Of a stretch of 32,680 nt of DNA, positions 18,465-28,641 are shown piece after piece (position 1 is the stretch's first letter; the number at the start of each line of letters is the position of its first letter). The position numbers and the translations under genes are program-made. Source of the stretch: an uncultured Synergistales bacterium (GTDB lineage: Bacteria > Synergistota > Synergistia > Synergistales > Aminobacteriaceae); NCBI GenBank assembly GCA_937897575.1, contig CALCQG010000093.1, positions 1 through 32,680 of the forward strand. The letters run 5' to 3'. Under the pieces are notes generated by a model. That model was given only the letters and a program-made list of their open reading frames with translations, was not told the origin of the DNA and searched no databases.

Positions 18465-18580
18465 CCACTGATGGTAGATGATTGAAACGGTAGTATCGAC
18501 TCGTGTCAGTCACTATCTTGAGCGGAACGATGGGCCGAGTGAAGCGTGCAAATCGCAACCCCGAAAGGGGTAGCAAAGAA
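18465..18580 (+). other. Structured non-coding insert 2 (116 nt) within the IS481 transposase
   Basis: Separates DDFSRE from LYTAILPDK; hairpin 18473-18517 and GCaACCCC-GAAA-GGGGTaGC hairpin 18555-18574. Confidence 0.75.
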
Positions 18581-19132
18581 CTCTACACAGCCATTCTTCC
18601 CGACAAGACATCCGCCTCGGTTCGTCGCTTTCTGGACGACGTCTCGTAAGAAGTGTCCTACATCGTGGAGGTGTACTACACGGACAATGGGTGGAAGTAC
18701 ACCGATTCTCCTGACGCTCACACCTTCATAACGCAGCGCCGGGAGGCAGAAATAGAACAGAGTTTCGCCCGGCTCGAAACACCCCGGACGAACGAGAAGG
18801 CGGAGCGAGTTGTCCGGACAATTAGGGGGAGCTGTCTGAGAAGACAGAGTTTCAGTCGAGTGTTCATCGTAAGAATGAGTTGAGAAGGTTCGTGAACTGG
18901 CACCAGTGAATGAAACTCTGCAAGGGTATAGGGAAGTTGACGCTTGGGGAAAAGTGGCGAGAGTATCTTACCCTGAGAAACTGTAAGTAACACTCCGGAT
19001 TCTTACGCCCTAAATATAGGAAAATTAAAAAAAATTCTAAAATAAAGAGGGTAGGAATATAACCATAGTTGCACAACAATGATTTAAAACTTAAAGAATG
19101 CTGTAGTGAACACTTCTGTTTTTGAGGTGAAA

Positions 19133-20227
19133 ATGTATATATTTATATTTGGTATAACACTAGTTTTTTTTCTACTCAAATTTAAGCGCAATGGTGTAAG
19201 TATTGTTGACCCTTTTAGAGTTTCGATGCCCGGCGGACAATGCTTGGCTCATCTTCTAGTGGCTTTTTTTTTGATAGCGGTCATAGGGCTCCGAGGGATC
19301 GAGATAGGAGATGACACTCTCGTTTATCATTATAGATTTAACCTCTTGTTACATGGAGTTCAAGAAAGTACACAAAGATTTTTTTATATTGAAGGTATGG
19401 AATTCGGATATTACCTTTTTCAGAAATTCTCTTTGTCTTTGTCTGGGAATTTTTCTTTCTTGTTAATGCTTTCTGCTTTTTTAATCACGCTTCCAGTTAT
19501 TTTTGTGGTACATCGTTATTCACGAATTCCTCTTTTTAGTTATTGGATATTTTTAACATACGGTTTTTTCCTTGCATCAATGGCACTTATCAGACAGTCG
19601 ATTGCACTGGGTTTTTGCTTTTTAGCATATCATTTTATAGTACAACGGAAACTTTGGCTATTTTTGATATGTATAACAGCTGCTTTTTCTTTCCATATGA
19701 CGTCGATTGTTTTTCTGCCTTTTTATTGGTTGTCAAGAATCAAGTACAGATCATTTTATCCGGTAATTTTTTTACTGCTGCTTCTCACGGTCAATGCTTT
19801 ATTCTTTTTTACAATGGATGAAATTTTGCAGTGGGGAGCGAAATTCTCCAGAAATGTTTACGTAGTGACGGGAACATCCTCTTTTTTAAAGATATCTGTT
19901 TTCTTTGTTTGTTCGATGCTATTGTGCGTCTTTTTCACCGGACAATATTTCAATAGCGACATCATTTTAAAAACAAGTTGGTATTCTGTCGCAATATATG
20001 TAGCCCCGTTATACGCCACTGCAATGAGTCCCGCTCTAGAGAGATTATTCTTGTATTATAAATTACCAATAATTTTGCTCCTACCAAATGTTGCTGCACG
20101 CATTGAAAGCAAGGCGTTACGCAGATTGTTTATGCTCTTCTTTGTTGCAATGGGTTTTTATATGTATTATCGAAATTTGTTCGGGTATGATTTACATTAT
20201 TACCCTTATAAGTTCTTTTGGGAATAA
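19133..20227 (+). CDS. wzy: EpsG-family / Wzy polysaccharide polymerase
   Basis: Very hydrophobic, AT-rich; GLR..IGDDT..Y, EFGY, IRQSIA, FH.TS motifs of the EpsG family; ATG 19133 after GAGGTG. Confidence 0.85.
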   Translation: MYIFIFGITLVFFLLKFKRNGVSIVDPFRVSMPGGQCLAHLLVAFFLIAVIGLRGIEIGDDTLVYHYRFNLLLHGVQESTQRFFYIEGMEFGYYLFQKFSLSLSGNFSFLLMLSAFLITLPVIFVVHRYSRIPLFSYWIFLTYGFFLASMALIRQSIALGFCFLAYHFIVQRKLWLFLICITAAFSFHMTSIVFLPFYWLSRIKYRSFYPVIFLLLLLTVNALFFFTMDEILQWGAKFSRNVYVVTGTSSFLKISVFFVCSMLLCVFFTGQYFNSDIILKTSWYSVAIYVAPLYATAMSPALERLFLYYKLPIILLLPNVAARIESKALRRLFMLFFVAMGFYMYYRNLFGYDLHYYPYKFFWE

Positions 20228-20231
20228 ATAT

Positions 20232-21674
20232 ATGAACAAAATCACGGGGAAAGTATTCGCTCAGAACGCAATTTGGAAATTCCTAGAACTATTTGGTGCA
20301 CAGGGCATTACACTTATATTAGCGGTGATATTGGCGCGTATCCTGGCTCCTGGAGACTATGGGATTATTTCGTTAACGATGATTTTCGTTTCTTTTTCGG
20401 ATATTTTGGTTCAGGGCGGTTTTTATACTGTTCTGGTTCAAAAAAAAGAGGTAGCTGATGCAGATTATTCTGCGGCGAACTATTTAAGTTTGATATTTGC
20501 GTTCTTATTATATAGCGCGAACTTTTATTTTTCCTCAATTATCGCGAAATATTATACTATTCCATTGCTAGAGAGCGTACTGAAAACCGTAGCAGTGACA
20601 TTGTTTTTTAACGCTTTCAGTGTAGTCCTTTCAGCGCGTTTGGTGAGGGGATTACAGTTTCAAAAGCTTTTTTATGTTCGTATGTTAAGCGCTGTCATTT
20701 CAGGTATTCTAGGAATATGGCTCGCTTATTCAGGTTATGGAGTGTGGTCGTTAGTATGGCAGAAGTTCGCACAACAACTTCTGTTCGCTCTTCTTCTGGT
20801 GGTAGTGACGGGCAAAATTCCTATTATGTTTTTCCCTGTAGAACGTGCAAAAGTATTGATGGCGAACGGATTGCAGGTATTATCGGGGGTAATGGTTGCC
20901 TTTTTGGGTGACAGCCTTTACGGAGTGACTGTGGGGAAGGCATATTCGCCGGAGAGTTTGGGCTTTCTCGACAAAGGAGATCAGCTCCCAAAGGGACTGA
21001 TTCTGAATGCAAACGCAGCTATTGTAGGTGTAACACTTCCTACTCTGTCTTTTTATCAAGGTGATTTAATTTTATTAAAGAGAGCCGTGCGCCGAATTAT
21101 TAGAGTATCGTGTTATGTCATTTTTCCTTTATCAATCGGTTTAGCGGCGTCTTCGAACTTGTTGATACGAATATTACTGACAGAGAAATGGATTTATTCA
21201 ACGCCAGTCATGCAATTATCGTGCTTTTTTTATGCTACGGCAACGATTTTACAGATACAAACACAGGTTTTTTATTCGATAGGGAAAAACGGAGTACGTA
21301 CCGCTCTTGAAAGCTTCAAGTTAATTATTACTATTGTCCTCGTGCCATGTGCTGTATTTATTCTTGGTTTCCATATTTACTTGTTAATGGCATTGAAAGT
21401 TGGGATTTCTATTGGAATGATAATGATCACTGCTCTTTTTAGTAAAAAATATATAGATTATAACTTGGCGGAACTATTTTCTGACGTTGTTCCGGCTTTT
21501 TGTCTTTCGGTCTTAATGGTAATACCAGTGATATCTATCCCGTTGTTTGGGTTTCCTGACCTGGTTACGCTTCTTTTGGAAGGAATTACCGGCATACTCG
21601 TTTATGTTTTTCTTTCAATACGATTTAATGTTTCTGCTTTTTTTGAACTTAAAGAACTTCTAAAAAGAAACTAA
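20232..21674 (+). CDS. wzx: WzxC-like polysaccharide flippase
   Basis: ILARILAPGDYG, GYGVWSLVWQ, ILLTEKW motifs; about 480 aa, multi-TM. Confidence 0.9.
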   Translation: MNKITGKVFAQNAIWKFLELFGAQGITLILAVILARILAPGDYGIISLTMIFVSFSDILVQGGFYTVLVQKKEVADADYSAANYLSLIFAFLLYSANFYFSSIIAKYYTIPLLESVLKTVAVTLFFNAFSVVLSARLVRGLQFQKLFYVRMLSAVISGILGIWLAYSGYGVWSLVWQKFAQQLLFALLLVVVTGKIPIMFFPVERAKVLMANGLQVLSGVMVAFLGDSLYGVTVGKAYSPESLGFLDKGDQLPKGLILNANAAIVGVTLPTLSFYQGDLILLKRAVRRIIRVSCYVIFPLSIGLAASSNLLIRILLTEKWIYSTPVMQLSCFFYATATILQIQTQVFYSIGKNGVRTALESFKLIITIVLVPCAVFILGFHIYLLMALKVGISIGMIMITALFSKKYIDYNLAELFSDVVPAFCLSVLMVIPVISIPLFGFPDLVTLLLEGITGILVYVFLSIRFNVSAFFELKELLKRN

Positions 21675-21709
21675 CATAAAACTAGCGTGGGAAAGGAGGG
21701 AGCAGACTC

Positions 21710-22915
21710 GTGACGAATGTTCTTGTAGAATATGAAAAATTAAACCCCTCATTTCTGCTCGTGAAAGAGATATTTGATGCTTTCGCATCAAAGTATGATA
21801 CGAAGTTCAGATATTTACGTTCGAGTATAATTTCCAGCCATGATATCGCATGGAGTGACATTGTAATTTCGATAAGAGGGTTTGTTAATCTTTCTTTGGA
21901 TATTTGTTTGGAAGCAAAAAGAAATGGAAGAAAACATATTCTTTTTATTGATGATGATTTGTTAAATTTACCCAAAGATTACAGGGTGTTGGCAGACAGA
22001 AAGAGAGCATTAAGGGGAATTTTAGATCAAACAGATTTAATAATGGCCGTCAATCCTATTTTGGGTAAGAAATACGGTAATCTGACCAAATCAAGGAAAT
22101 ACACGTTAATTAATGTAATTGAGGGTAGTTTTATAAGACCAAGGCCTGAGAAGAAATGCGGAGGAAAGACAAAAATAGTTTATGCTGCAAATAAGGGGCA
22201 CGTAAAAATTTTTGATAGGTATATACTTCCCCTACTTCCTGCCCTCTGTAAGGAATTCAAAGATAAAATAACAATGACGTTTATTGGTGTTAAACCTAAT
22301 TTGTCAATATTTGAGAACGAGATTGAGATACGATATTTACCGACGATGGCCTTTGAAAAATATAGGCAATATATGCAGGATAACAAGTTTGACATAGGGC
22401 TTGCTCCAATAAATAACGATGAGTTTTCTAATTGTAAATATTATAATAAATTTATCGAATATACTTTAGCGGGTGTTATGGGTATTTACACAAAATGTCC
22501 ACCGTACTCCTTGATTATTGAAGACAGGGTTAACGGTATATTATGCGAAAACACCGTTGAAGATTGGCTGAATGCTTTTAAAGAAGCGATAAATAATCTT
22601 GAAATGCGAAAGTTTTGCGTGATGAATGCCCAGAGATTGCTTCGCGAAAATTTTAGTAAAGAAAAAGTTTTAAGATCAATAGCCATTCAAATTCCTGATC
22701 TTATTCAATACAAGGCCAAAGTTGTAAGAAATAAAAGGATCTGGGGATTAAAAAAAATTAAGTATGTTTTTTTTCAACTTAAAGAAAACCTTTTTTTTAC
22801 GCTCATTCACTTGGTGGAGGATGGTCTAATCATCACATGTAAAAAAGCCTACCAGCATATTGTTGATACAAAAGAGTACAATAAGGGCAATGTAAAGAAG
22901 GAGGAGAGGATGTGA
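21710..22915 (+). CDS. Putative GT-B (GT4-like) glycosyltransferase
   Basis: FIDDDL, DIGLAP...F..CK..NKFIEY..AG..GI, NGIL motifs; GTG start after AGGAGG. Confidence 0.75.
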   Translation: MTNVLVEYEKLNPSFLLVKEIFDAFASKYDTKFRYLRSSIISSHDIAWSDIVISIRGFVNLSLDICLEAKRNGRKHILFIDDDLLNLPKDYRVLADRKRALRGILDQTDLIMAVNPILGKKYGNLTKSRKYTLINVIEGSFIRPRPEKKCGGKTKIVYAANKGHVKIFDRYILPLLPALCKEFKDKITMTFIGVKPNLSIFENEIEIRYLPTMAFEKYRQYMQDNKFDIGLAPINNDEFSNCKYYNKFIEYTLAGVMGIYTKCPPYSLIIEDRVNGILCENTVEDWLNAFKEAINNLEMRKFCVMNAQRLLRENFSKEKVLRSIAIQIPDLIQYKAKVVRNKRIWGLKKIKYVFFQLKENLFFTLIHLVEDGLIITCKKAYQHIVDTKEYNKGNVKKEERM

Positions 22916-23796
22916 AGGGAATAATTTTAGCAGGTGGAGCTGGGACGAGATTGTACCCTTTGACTATGGTGACTTCAAAACAACTTCTGCCTGTTTATGA
23001 TAAACCAATGATTTATTATCCCTTGTCGACATTGATGTTGGCTGACATAAAGGATATATTGATTATTTCGACTCCGACTGACCTGCCGAATTTTGAACGC
23101 TTGCTCGGGGATGGGCGTCACATTGGCATCAATCTTTCTTATGAAGTGCAACCATCGCCAGATGGTCTCGCACAAGCATTTATTATAGGTGAAAGATTTA
23201 TTGGGCAGGATTGCTGCGCTATGATATTAGGAGACAACATATTTTATGGCGGTGGATTGGTCAGCAAACTGCAGAAAGCCGTAGAGAATGCCAAACAGGG
23301 ATATGCTACGATCTTTGGATATTATGTAAGCGATCCTGAGCGTTTTGGAATAATGGAATTTGATGCAAAATGGAATATCCTTTCAGTGGAAGAGAAGCCT
23401 GAATATCCTAAATCAAATTATTGCATTACGGGTTTATATTTTTACGATAATAAAGTAGTGGATTATGCGAAGAAAGTTGAACCTTCAGCGCGAGGAGAAC
23501 TTGAAATAACGACGTTGAACGATATCTATCTAAAAAAAGAAAAGCTAAAAGGGCAGGTTCTCGGGAGAGGGTTTGCTTGGTTGGATACAGGGACGATCGA
23601 CAGTCTTAATGATGCGTCTGATTTTGTTCGTATGATAGAAAAAAGGCAAGGGGTTAAAATCTCTGCGCCTGAAGAAATAGCCTATCGAAATGGCTGGATC
23701 AATAAGGAGAAATTGCTGGAGTCTGCTGAACGCTATGGGAAATCTCCATACGGGGAGCATTTGAGAAAGGTCGCTGAGGGAAAGTTCATTTATTAA
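22912..23796 (+). CDS. rmlA: Glucose-1-phosphate thymidylyltransferase
   Basis: [57 protein letters not shown]. Confidence 0.98.
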   Translation: MKGIILAGGAGTRLYPLTMVTSKQLLPVYDKPMIYYPLSTLMLADIKDILIISTPTDLPNFERLLGDGRHIGINLSYEVQPSPDGLAQAFIIGERFIGQDCCAMILGDNIFYGGGLVSKLQKAVENAKQGYATIFGYYVSDPERFGIMEFDAKWNILSVEEKPEYPKSNYCITGLYFYDNKVVDYAKKVEPSARGELEITTLNDIYLKKEKLKGQVLGRGFAWLDTGTIDSLNDASDFVRMIEKRQGVKISAPEEIAYRNGWINKEKLLESAERYGKSPYGEHLRKVAEGKFIY

Positions 23797-24024
23797 TCAA
23801 TCGACAATTATGCATGGTTTATTGTGCTTGTGCGCGTTATTAATAAATACAGAAAAACCATCAGACCTGATGCTGTTCTTGACTTTTTTACGCTGAGTGG
23901 TGATGTGAATGTCCTTAAATCAAGGGAGATTCTTAGGAAATAAAAAACCAGAAAATAAAATGTAGTTTCCATTTGATTGTGCCTATTTCATCCACTTTTA
24001 GCAGCGCAATAAAGGAGGGAAACA

Positions 24025-24987
24025 ATGACAATAGTAGGCAACGTTTTTTTTATTCGACCAAACAATAATAACGATTTCACTTTCGAAAATATAAGGAAAT
24101 CGGGATACCAGATAGATGTTCCCTACAAGGGGAACTCAATATTTTTCAGGATTATTAGAGAGATATGGTTTAGATTGAATCTGCCGTTTCAATTTCTTTG
24201 GTATAACAATGATGTTAATAAAACGGATTGTAACACGTTGATTGTATACGATCCTTTGATAGTGCCAGAGTACCTTGTTTGGTTAAGAAAAAAAAACTTA
24301 AAAAAAAGGATAGTTTTGTTTTACGGTAATCCTGTTAACAGAACTATTAACCCCGATTTAATACCTGATGATTGTTGCGAAAAATGGTCTTGGGACCTAG
24401 GGGATTGCGAAAATTATGGAATGAATTATGTCAGGTCGGGTTATTGGGAAGGTTTGAAGGTAACAAAAAAGGTTCTTTTATATGACATTGTATTTGTTGG
24501 TCGTGATAAAGGAAGAGCGAAAGATTTATTAGAGCTTAAAAAAATTTTTCGAAAAATGCGATTGAAAATAAAGATGCATATAGTTGCCGATAGACGTTAT
24601 CAAAGATATTTTAAACCGTTCTATGGCAGAATTCTTAAGTATGATGAGATTCTGGGTCTTCTTAGCCAAAGTCGAGCGGTACTGGACATCGTCCAAGAGA
24701 ACCAATCAGGTCTCAGTGCGCGCGCGATGGAGTCTTTATTCAATGAAATTAAGTTAATAACGGATAATAGGAACATTGTTAAATATGATTTTTATGACAA
24801 GGAGAATGTGTTTATTATAGATCAAGATGACATTGCGCTATTGCCAGAATTCTTAAGGCGACCCTATAAGAAGATAGATCATGAAATTGTTAGTTTGTAC
24901 ACATTTGAAAATTGGATTAAGAAGATATTGAGTACAGAGGGCACTATGAAAAAAAAAGCACAACTATTGCGAAATACCAAAACGTAA
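24025..24987 (+). CDS. Putative polysaccharide glycosyltransferase (GT-B-like)
   Basis: SD AAGGAGG; YDIVFVGRDKGR, LDIVQENQSGLSAR..E......KLITDN motifs seen in polysaccharide-locus proteins; specificity unknown. Confidence 0.65.
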   Translation: MTIVGNVFFIRPNNNNDFTFENIRKSGYQIDVPYKGNSIFFRIIREIWFRLNLPFQFLWYNNDVNKTDCNTLIVYDPLIVPEYLVWLRKKNLKKRIVLFYGNPVNRTINPDLIPDDCCEKWSWDLGDCENYGMNYVRSGYWEGLKVTKKVLLYDIVFVGRDKGRAKDLLELKKIFRKMRLKIKMHIVADRRYQRYFKPFYGRILKYDEILGLLSQSRAVLDIVQENQSGLSARAMESLFNEIKLITDNRNIVKYDFYDKENVFIIDQDDIALLPEFLRRPYKKIDHEIVSLYTFENWIKKILSTEGTMKKKAQLLRNTKT

Positions 24988-25034
24988 GTACGAGGTCCAC
25001 TTTCTTCAAGTCAGTAATGTTGTTGCAGTGATTT

Positions 25035-26060
25035 TTAAGATTTCAGATACCAGTCAGAAGCTTTTCGCAACCCATCTTGTATGAAGAATTGAGGATGGTA
25101 TCCGAGCAATTCGCGGCCCTGAGAAATATCAGCGAGGGAATGACGGATGTCACCCTGCCGAAAGTCCTCGTATTTGGGTTCAATGATCTCCGCTTCAGGG
25201 TGTTTTTTTGAAACTTCGTCCCGAATAAGGGTCACTAGTTTATTGAGGGTGGTTTGGCAACCGCATGCTACGTTATAGGTGCGGTTCCATGCACTCTCAT
25301 TTGAGGTTGTCGCCGCCAGAATGTTCGCTTGGACGACATTTTCTACATAGCAAAAATCTCTGCCTGTCTCGCCGTCGCCGTAGATCAGGGGTTGTTTGCC
25401 ATTTGAGAGGGCTTCGAACCACCTTGGGATTACGGCTGCGTAGGGGCCGTTCGGGTCCTGTCTCGGGCCGAATACATTGAAGTATCGCAGCCCGATGGAC
25501 CTGAAACCGTAGCACCTAGCGAAAATTTGAGCAATCTGTTCATTCTGAAGTTTTGTAAGGGCGTACGGAGAAAGGGGATTACCGATGCGATCCTCCTTTT
25601 TGGGAAGATTTGGTTCGTCCCCATAAACGGAACTCGAAGAAGCGTAAACAAATGATTCAACCCCTGCGTCCCGAGCCGCCAGGATCATATTGAAGAAGCC
25701 GTTGGCATTCACGGAGTAGGTCGAAAGAGGATCCTTAAGTGACCGTGGTACCGAACCGAGTGCTGCCTGGTGGAGGATCATTTCTTTCCCTTCGCAGGCC
25801 TTCCGGCAGGCCTCCAAGTCCCGAATGTCGCCAGAAATCAGGTGAAAACGGGCCGCATTCTCAGTGGTAGTTTTTAAGAGTGCGTCATCAATGTTTTGCT
25901 GCGATCCTGTCGCGAAGTTGTCCAACCCGGTTACGGTTTGCCCGAGAGCAAGAAGGTTCTCAACAAGATGGCTGCCAATGAAGCCAGCTGCTCCGGTGAC
26001 GAGCCATGACTTTGGTTTCATTTTGAAGGTTTCTTTTCTCTTTTCGTAGGTCTTGTTCAT
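25035..26060 (-). CDS. wbpP: UDP-GlcNAc(A) C4-epimerase, WbpP/TviC-like
   Basis: [64 protein letters not shown]. Confidence 0.9.
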   Translation of the reverse strand: MNKTYEKRKETFKMKPKSWLVTGAAGFIGSHLVENLLALGQTVTGLDNFATGSQQNIDDALLKTTTENAARFHLISGDIRDLEACRKACEGKEMILHQAALGSVPRSLKDPLSTYSVNANGFFNMILAARDAGVESFVYASSSSVYGDEPNLPKKEDRIGNPLSPYALTKLQNEQIAQIFARCYGFRSIGLRYFNVFGPRQDPNGPYAAVIPRWFEALSNGKQPLIYGDGETGRDFCYVENVVQANILAATTSNESAWNRTYNVACGCQTTLNKLVTLIRDEVSKKHPEAEIIEPKYEDFRQGDIRHSLADISQGRELLGYHPQFFIQDGLRKASDWYLKS

Positions 26061-26061
26061 T

Positions 26062-27360
26062 TTACAAGCTCCAGTATGTAATGGTTTCCGGAAACTGTTC
26101 TGGTGAGAAGAGGGACTTTACATCAACAAAGACGCCGTCGTTGTTTCTTAAGTGTGATATTAGAGTTGATGCACCCTGTTTGATATATTCTTCGTGCCCT
26201 ACAGCAAGTATAAGGGCATCCAAATCTCTGATTTCTTCAAAGGATGAGAGGGAAATACCGTATTCCCTGAATGCGTCATCAGGGGCCACGAGGGGATCAT
26301 GCACCAGTGGCTCAATGCCGTACTGTCTCAGCTCTGCAGCGATGTCCGGGACTCTGCTGTTGCGCAGATCTGGAACATCTTCCTTGAAGGTGAGTCCAAG
26401 AATTGCTACTCTGGAAGAGGCAATACTACTGTTTCCTTTAGCGCAGAGCAGCTTCACTGTCTTCTCAGCGATGGTTTTACCCATGCTGTCGTTGATCCTT
26501 CGTCCCGACAGAATGACCTGGGGAATGTAACCCATTTCCTCAGCTTTGTAGGTAAGGTAATAGGGGTCCACTCCGATGCAGTGTCCTCCGACAAGGCCAG
26601 GGGTAAAGGGCAGGAAGTTCCATTTTGTCCTCGCAGCAGCAAGGACGTCGGCTGTCCGGATTCCAAGTTTGTCGAAGATCAAGGCCAGTTCATTCATGAG
26701 AGCGATATTGAGGTCCCGCTGCGTATTTTCGATAACTTTTGCAGCCTCTGCAACTTTGATTGAGGGTGCTCGATGGATTCCAGCTTTTACTACTTGTCCG
26801 TATATTGACGCGAGTATGTCCAGGGTTTCCTCATCTTCACCCGCAACGATCTTGGTAATTGTCTCAAGCCTGTGTTTTTTATCTCCCGGATTGATTCTTT
26901 CAGGAGAATAACCAATTTTGAAATCTATTCTTTGTTTGAATCCTGAGGCATTAGCAAGAACGGGACCACAGATATCTTCTGTGACTCCCGGATAGACCGT
27001 AGATTCATAGCAAATTATGGCATGTTTTTTCATATGTCTACCCACTATCTCTGAGGCGTGGAGAATAGGTGTCAAGTCAGGGCGGTGAGCTTGATCGATG
27101 GGGGTGGGTACTGCGACGATGAAGACGTCAATTTTTTTCAGTATTGAAGGGTCAGCACTAACTTCCAAAGAAGTAGCATAGAGATCTTTGGCCTCAATTT
27201 CCCCAGTTTTGTCGATACAAGCTTTGAGATCTTCTACTTTCTTTTGGTTTATATCAAAACCTACAACATTAGGAAAAACCTTCGCGAAAGAGATGGCCAG
27301 TGGCAATCCAACGTAACCGAGGCCAATAATAGCGATGCGTTTTTCTTTCTCTAAAGTCAT
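26062..27360 (-). CDS. wbpO: UDP-N-acetylhexosamine 6-dehydrogenase, WbpO/TviB-like
   Basis: GLGYVGLP, ESTVYPG, YSPERINPGD, KVIENTQRD, GLVGGHCIGVDPYYL, FKEDVPDLRNS. Confidence 0.92.
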   Translation of the reverse strand: MTLEKEKRIAIIGLGYVGLPLAISFAKVFPNVVGFDINQKKVEDLKACIDKTGEIEAKDLYATSLEVSADPSILKKIDVFIVAVPTPIDQAHRPDLTPILHASEIVGRHMKKHAIICYESTVYPGVTEDICGPVLANASGFKQRIDFKIGYSPERINPGDKKHRLETITKIVAGEDEETLDILASIYGQVVKAGIHRAPSIKVAEAAKVIENTQRDLNIALMNELALIFDKLGIRTADVLAAARTKWNFLPFTPGLVGGHCIGVDPYYLTYKAEEMGYIPQVILSGRRINDSMGKTIAEKTVKLLCAKGNSSIASSRVAILGLTFKEDVPDLRNSRVPDIAAELRQYGIEPLVHDPLVAPDDAFREYGISLSSFEEIRDLDALILAVGHEEYIKQGASTLISHLRNNDGVFVDVKSLFSPEQFPETITYWSL

Positions 27361-27441
27361 AAGGCACCTCTTTAATTAAAAAATATTTTAACTACAAAAT
27401 AAGTACGCGGCATTTCGGTCAATTAATTGATTTGGAAAAAG

Positions 27442-28641
27442 CTATTGATTTTTGCCAAATAGCGTTTTGTAAACATCTAGTGTTTTAGAAACAACTTTTT
27501 CTTCTATAAAATCCGAACAAACGATCTCCCTGCCCCGTTGTCCCATCTTCTCAATTTTCGCATGCGATTCAAGGAGCAGTCTCATTGCATGGGATAGAGC
27601 TTCCGCATTATGAACAGGCACAAGAAAGCCGTTGGTATTGTGACTGACAATTTCTTTGCATCCGGGAATATCGGTCGTAACTATAGGACGCCCACAAGCT
27701 GCTGCTTCGAGAAGGACTTTCGGAAGTCCTTCATGGTAGGATGGTAGCGCAATAATCGTGGTTTTGGCAAGAACCTCAGGCATCTCATATGGTTCTTTAG
27801 CTCCCCACCATTCCAAGTATGAGTGCGAAGCCGTCCATTCGGTTATAGTCTCGCAGCTGATTGCACTGGGATTTTCGTCGTCTGCAGGACCGACAAGGAC
27901 AAATTTGGCATTGGGAAATTCCGGATGTAATATCTCGGCGGCCCGGATGAACTCAGCTACTCCCTTATCCCAGAGCATACGAGCGGGCAGCATAATGACT
28001 GGGTTTTCAGGAAATGGAGAAGGAATGAATTTGGAGCAGTCGACGCCAGAACCACGAATCAGGACCATTTGTTCCTTTCTTATCAAGCCAGCGTTCAACA
28101 TAATCTCCATATCCGATGGATTCTGAAATATGGTGATGCTCTTCGGGTTGCCCAATGCCATTTTATAAAAACGGGAAACGGCATGTCTTAGAAAAGCAGC
28201 TTTCCTTTTTTGGGAGAAGACATATCCTAGTCCGCTGATTGCATTGACGACGGGCCAAGCATTAAAAAAACGCGATAAAAGAGAACCGTACAGTACCGGT
28301 TTTATAGAGACGGTATGAAGCAGATCTGGTTTCGTTCTTTTTAAAAAATTAAAGATCGCATGAACTGTGATCGATTCTTGGAATATGCTTGTGCCCTGTC
28401 GTGAGAAAGGGAGAGGAACGAAGTGAATTCCTTCTTTTTCTAAGGTTACACCCTTCCCAGTATCGCCTGCAGCAACAATAACCTCTGCTCCAGCATCCCT
28501 GGCAGCTCTGGCTAGAGGGAGTCTGTGGGAAATAAAGAACCAGTCGACATTGACTAAGTAGACAATTTTTTTTGAAGCTAAGAAGGAGAGATCCGTAGTC
28601 TCTTTTCCTTCAGTTGTGAATAAATGTGCGTTGTAGGTCAC
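27442..28641 (-). CDS. Glycosyltransferase family 4 (CapM-like)
   Basis: NVDWFFISHRLPLA, KPVLYG, IFQNP.D, RMLWDKG, PSYHEGLPKVLLEAAACGRP. Confidence 0.93.
   Translation of the reverse strand: MTYNAHLFTTEGKETTDLSFLASKKIVYLVNVDWFFISHRLPLARAARDAGAEVIVAAGDTGKGVTLEKEGIHFVPLPFSRQGTSIFQESITVHAIFNFLKRTKPDLLHTVSIKPVLYGSLLSRFFNAWPVVNAISGLGYVFSQKRKAAFLRHAVSRFYKMALGNPKSITIFQNPSDMEIMLNAGLIRKEQMVLIRGSGVDCSKFIPSPFPENPVIMLPARMLWDKGVAEFIRAAEILHPEFPNAKFVLVGPADDENPSAISCETITEWTASHSYLEWWGAKEPYEMPEVLAKTTIIALPSYHEGLPKVLLEAAACGRPIVTTDIPGCKEIVSHNTNGFLVPVHNAEALSHAMRLLLESHAKIEKMGQRGREIVCSDFIEEKVVSKTLDVYKTLFGKNQ

Larger units (their letters stand above)
18028..18990 (+). pseudogene. IS481-family DDE transposase pseudogene
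   Basis: SD AGGAGG; fragments MNIHKKTGLT, PTVYNILARG, LEERLKK, YPGQMVRGDTKRLPLLKGQ..YLFLAADDFSRE, ELYTAILPDKTS, YTDNGWKY, PRTNEKAERVVRT, HRKNELRRFVNW; multiple stops and frameshifts. Confidence 0.9.
17958..19007 (+). mobile_element. IS481-family insertion sequence, decayed, both ends present
   Basis: 26-bp imperfect terminal IRs TGTAAAAAAACATATCGTTGTTTACA (17958-17983) and TGTAAGTAACACTCCGGATTCTTACG (18982-19007); flanking direct repeat CCCTAAA (17951-17957, 19008-19014); transposase remnant inside. Confidence 0.88.

Noticed and set aside
18468..18510. Hammerhead-like words CTGATG...GAAAC...GTC in insert 2
   Set aside because: Core is CTGATGG rather than CTGATGA, stems I-III cannot be built convincingly, and an alternative long hairpin uses the same bases; not called, though a decayed ribozyme is not excluded.
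23797..23943. Possible GT fragment (KTIRPDAVLDFF) after rmlA
   Set aside because: Short, no start or SD, similarity too weak to support.
19264..24310. Poly-T/poly-A runs of 8-9 nt in wzy, wzx and GT genes as phase-variation tracts
   Set aside because: Expected in AT-rich genes rich in Phe/Lys codons; all frames are intact.
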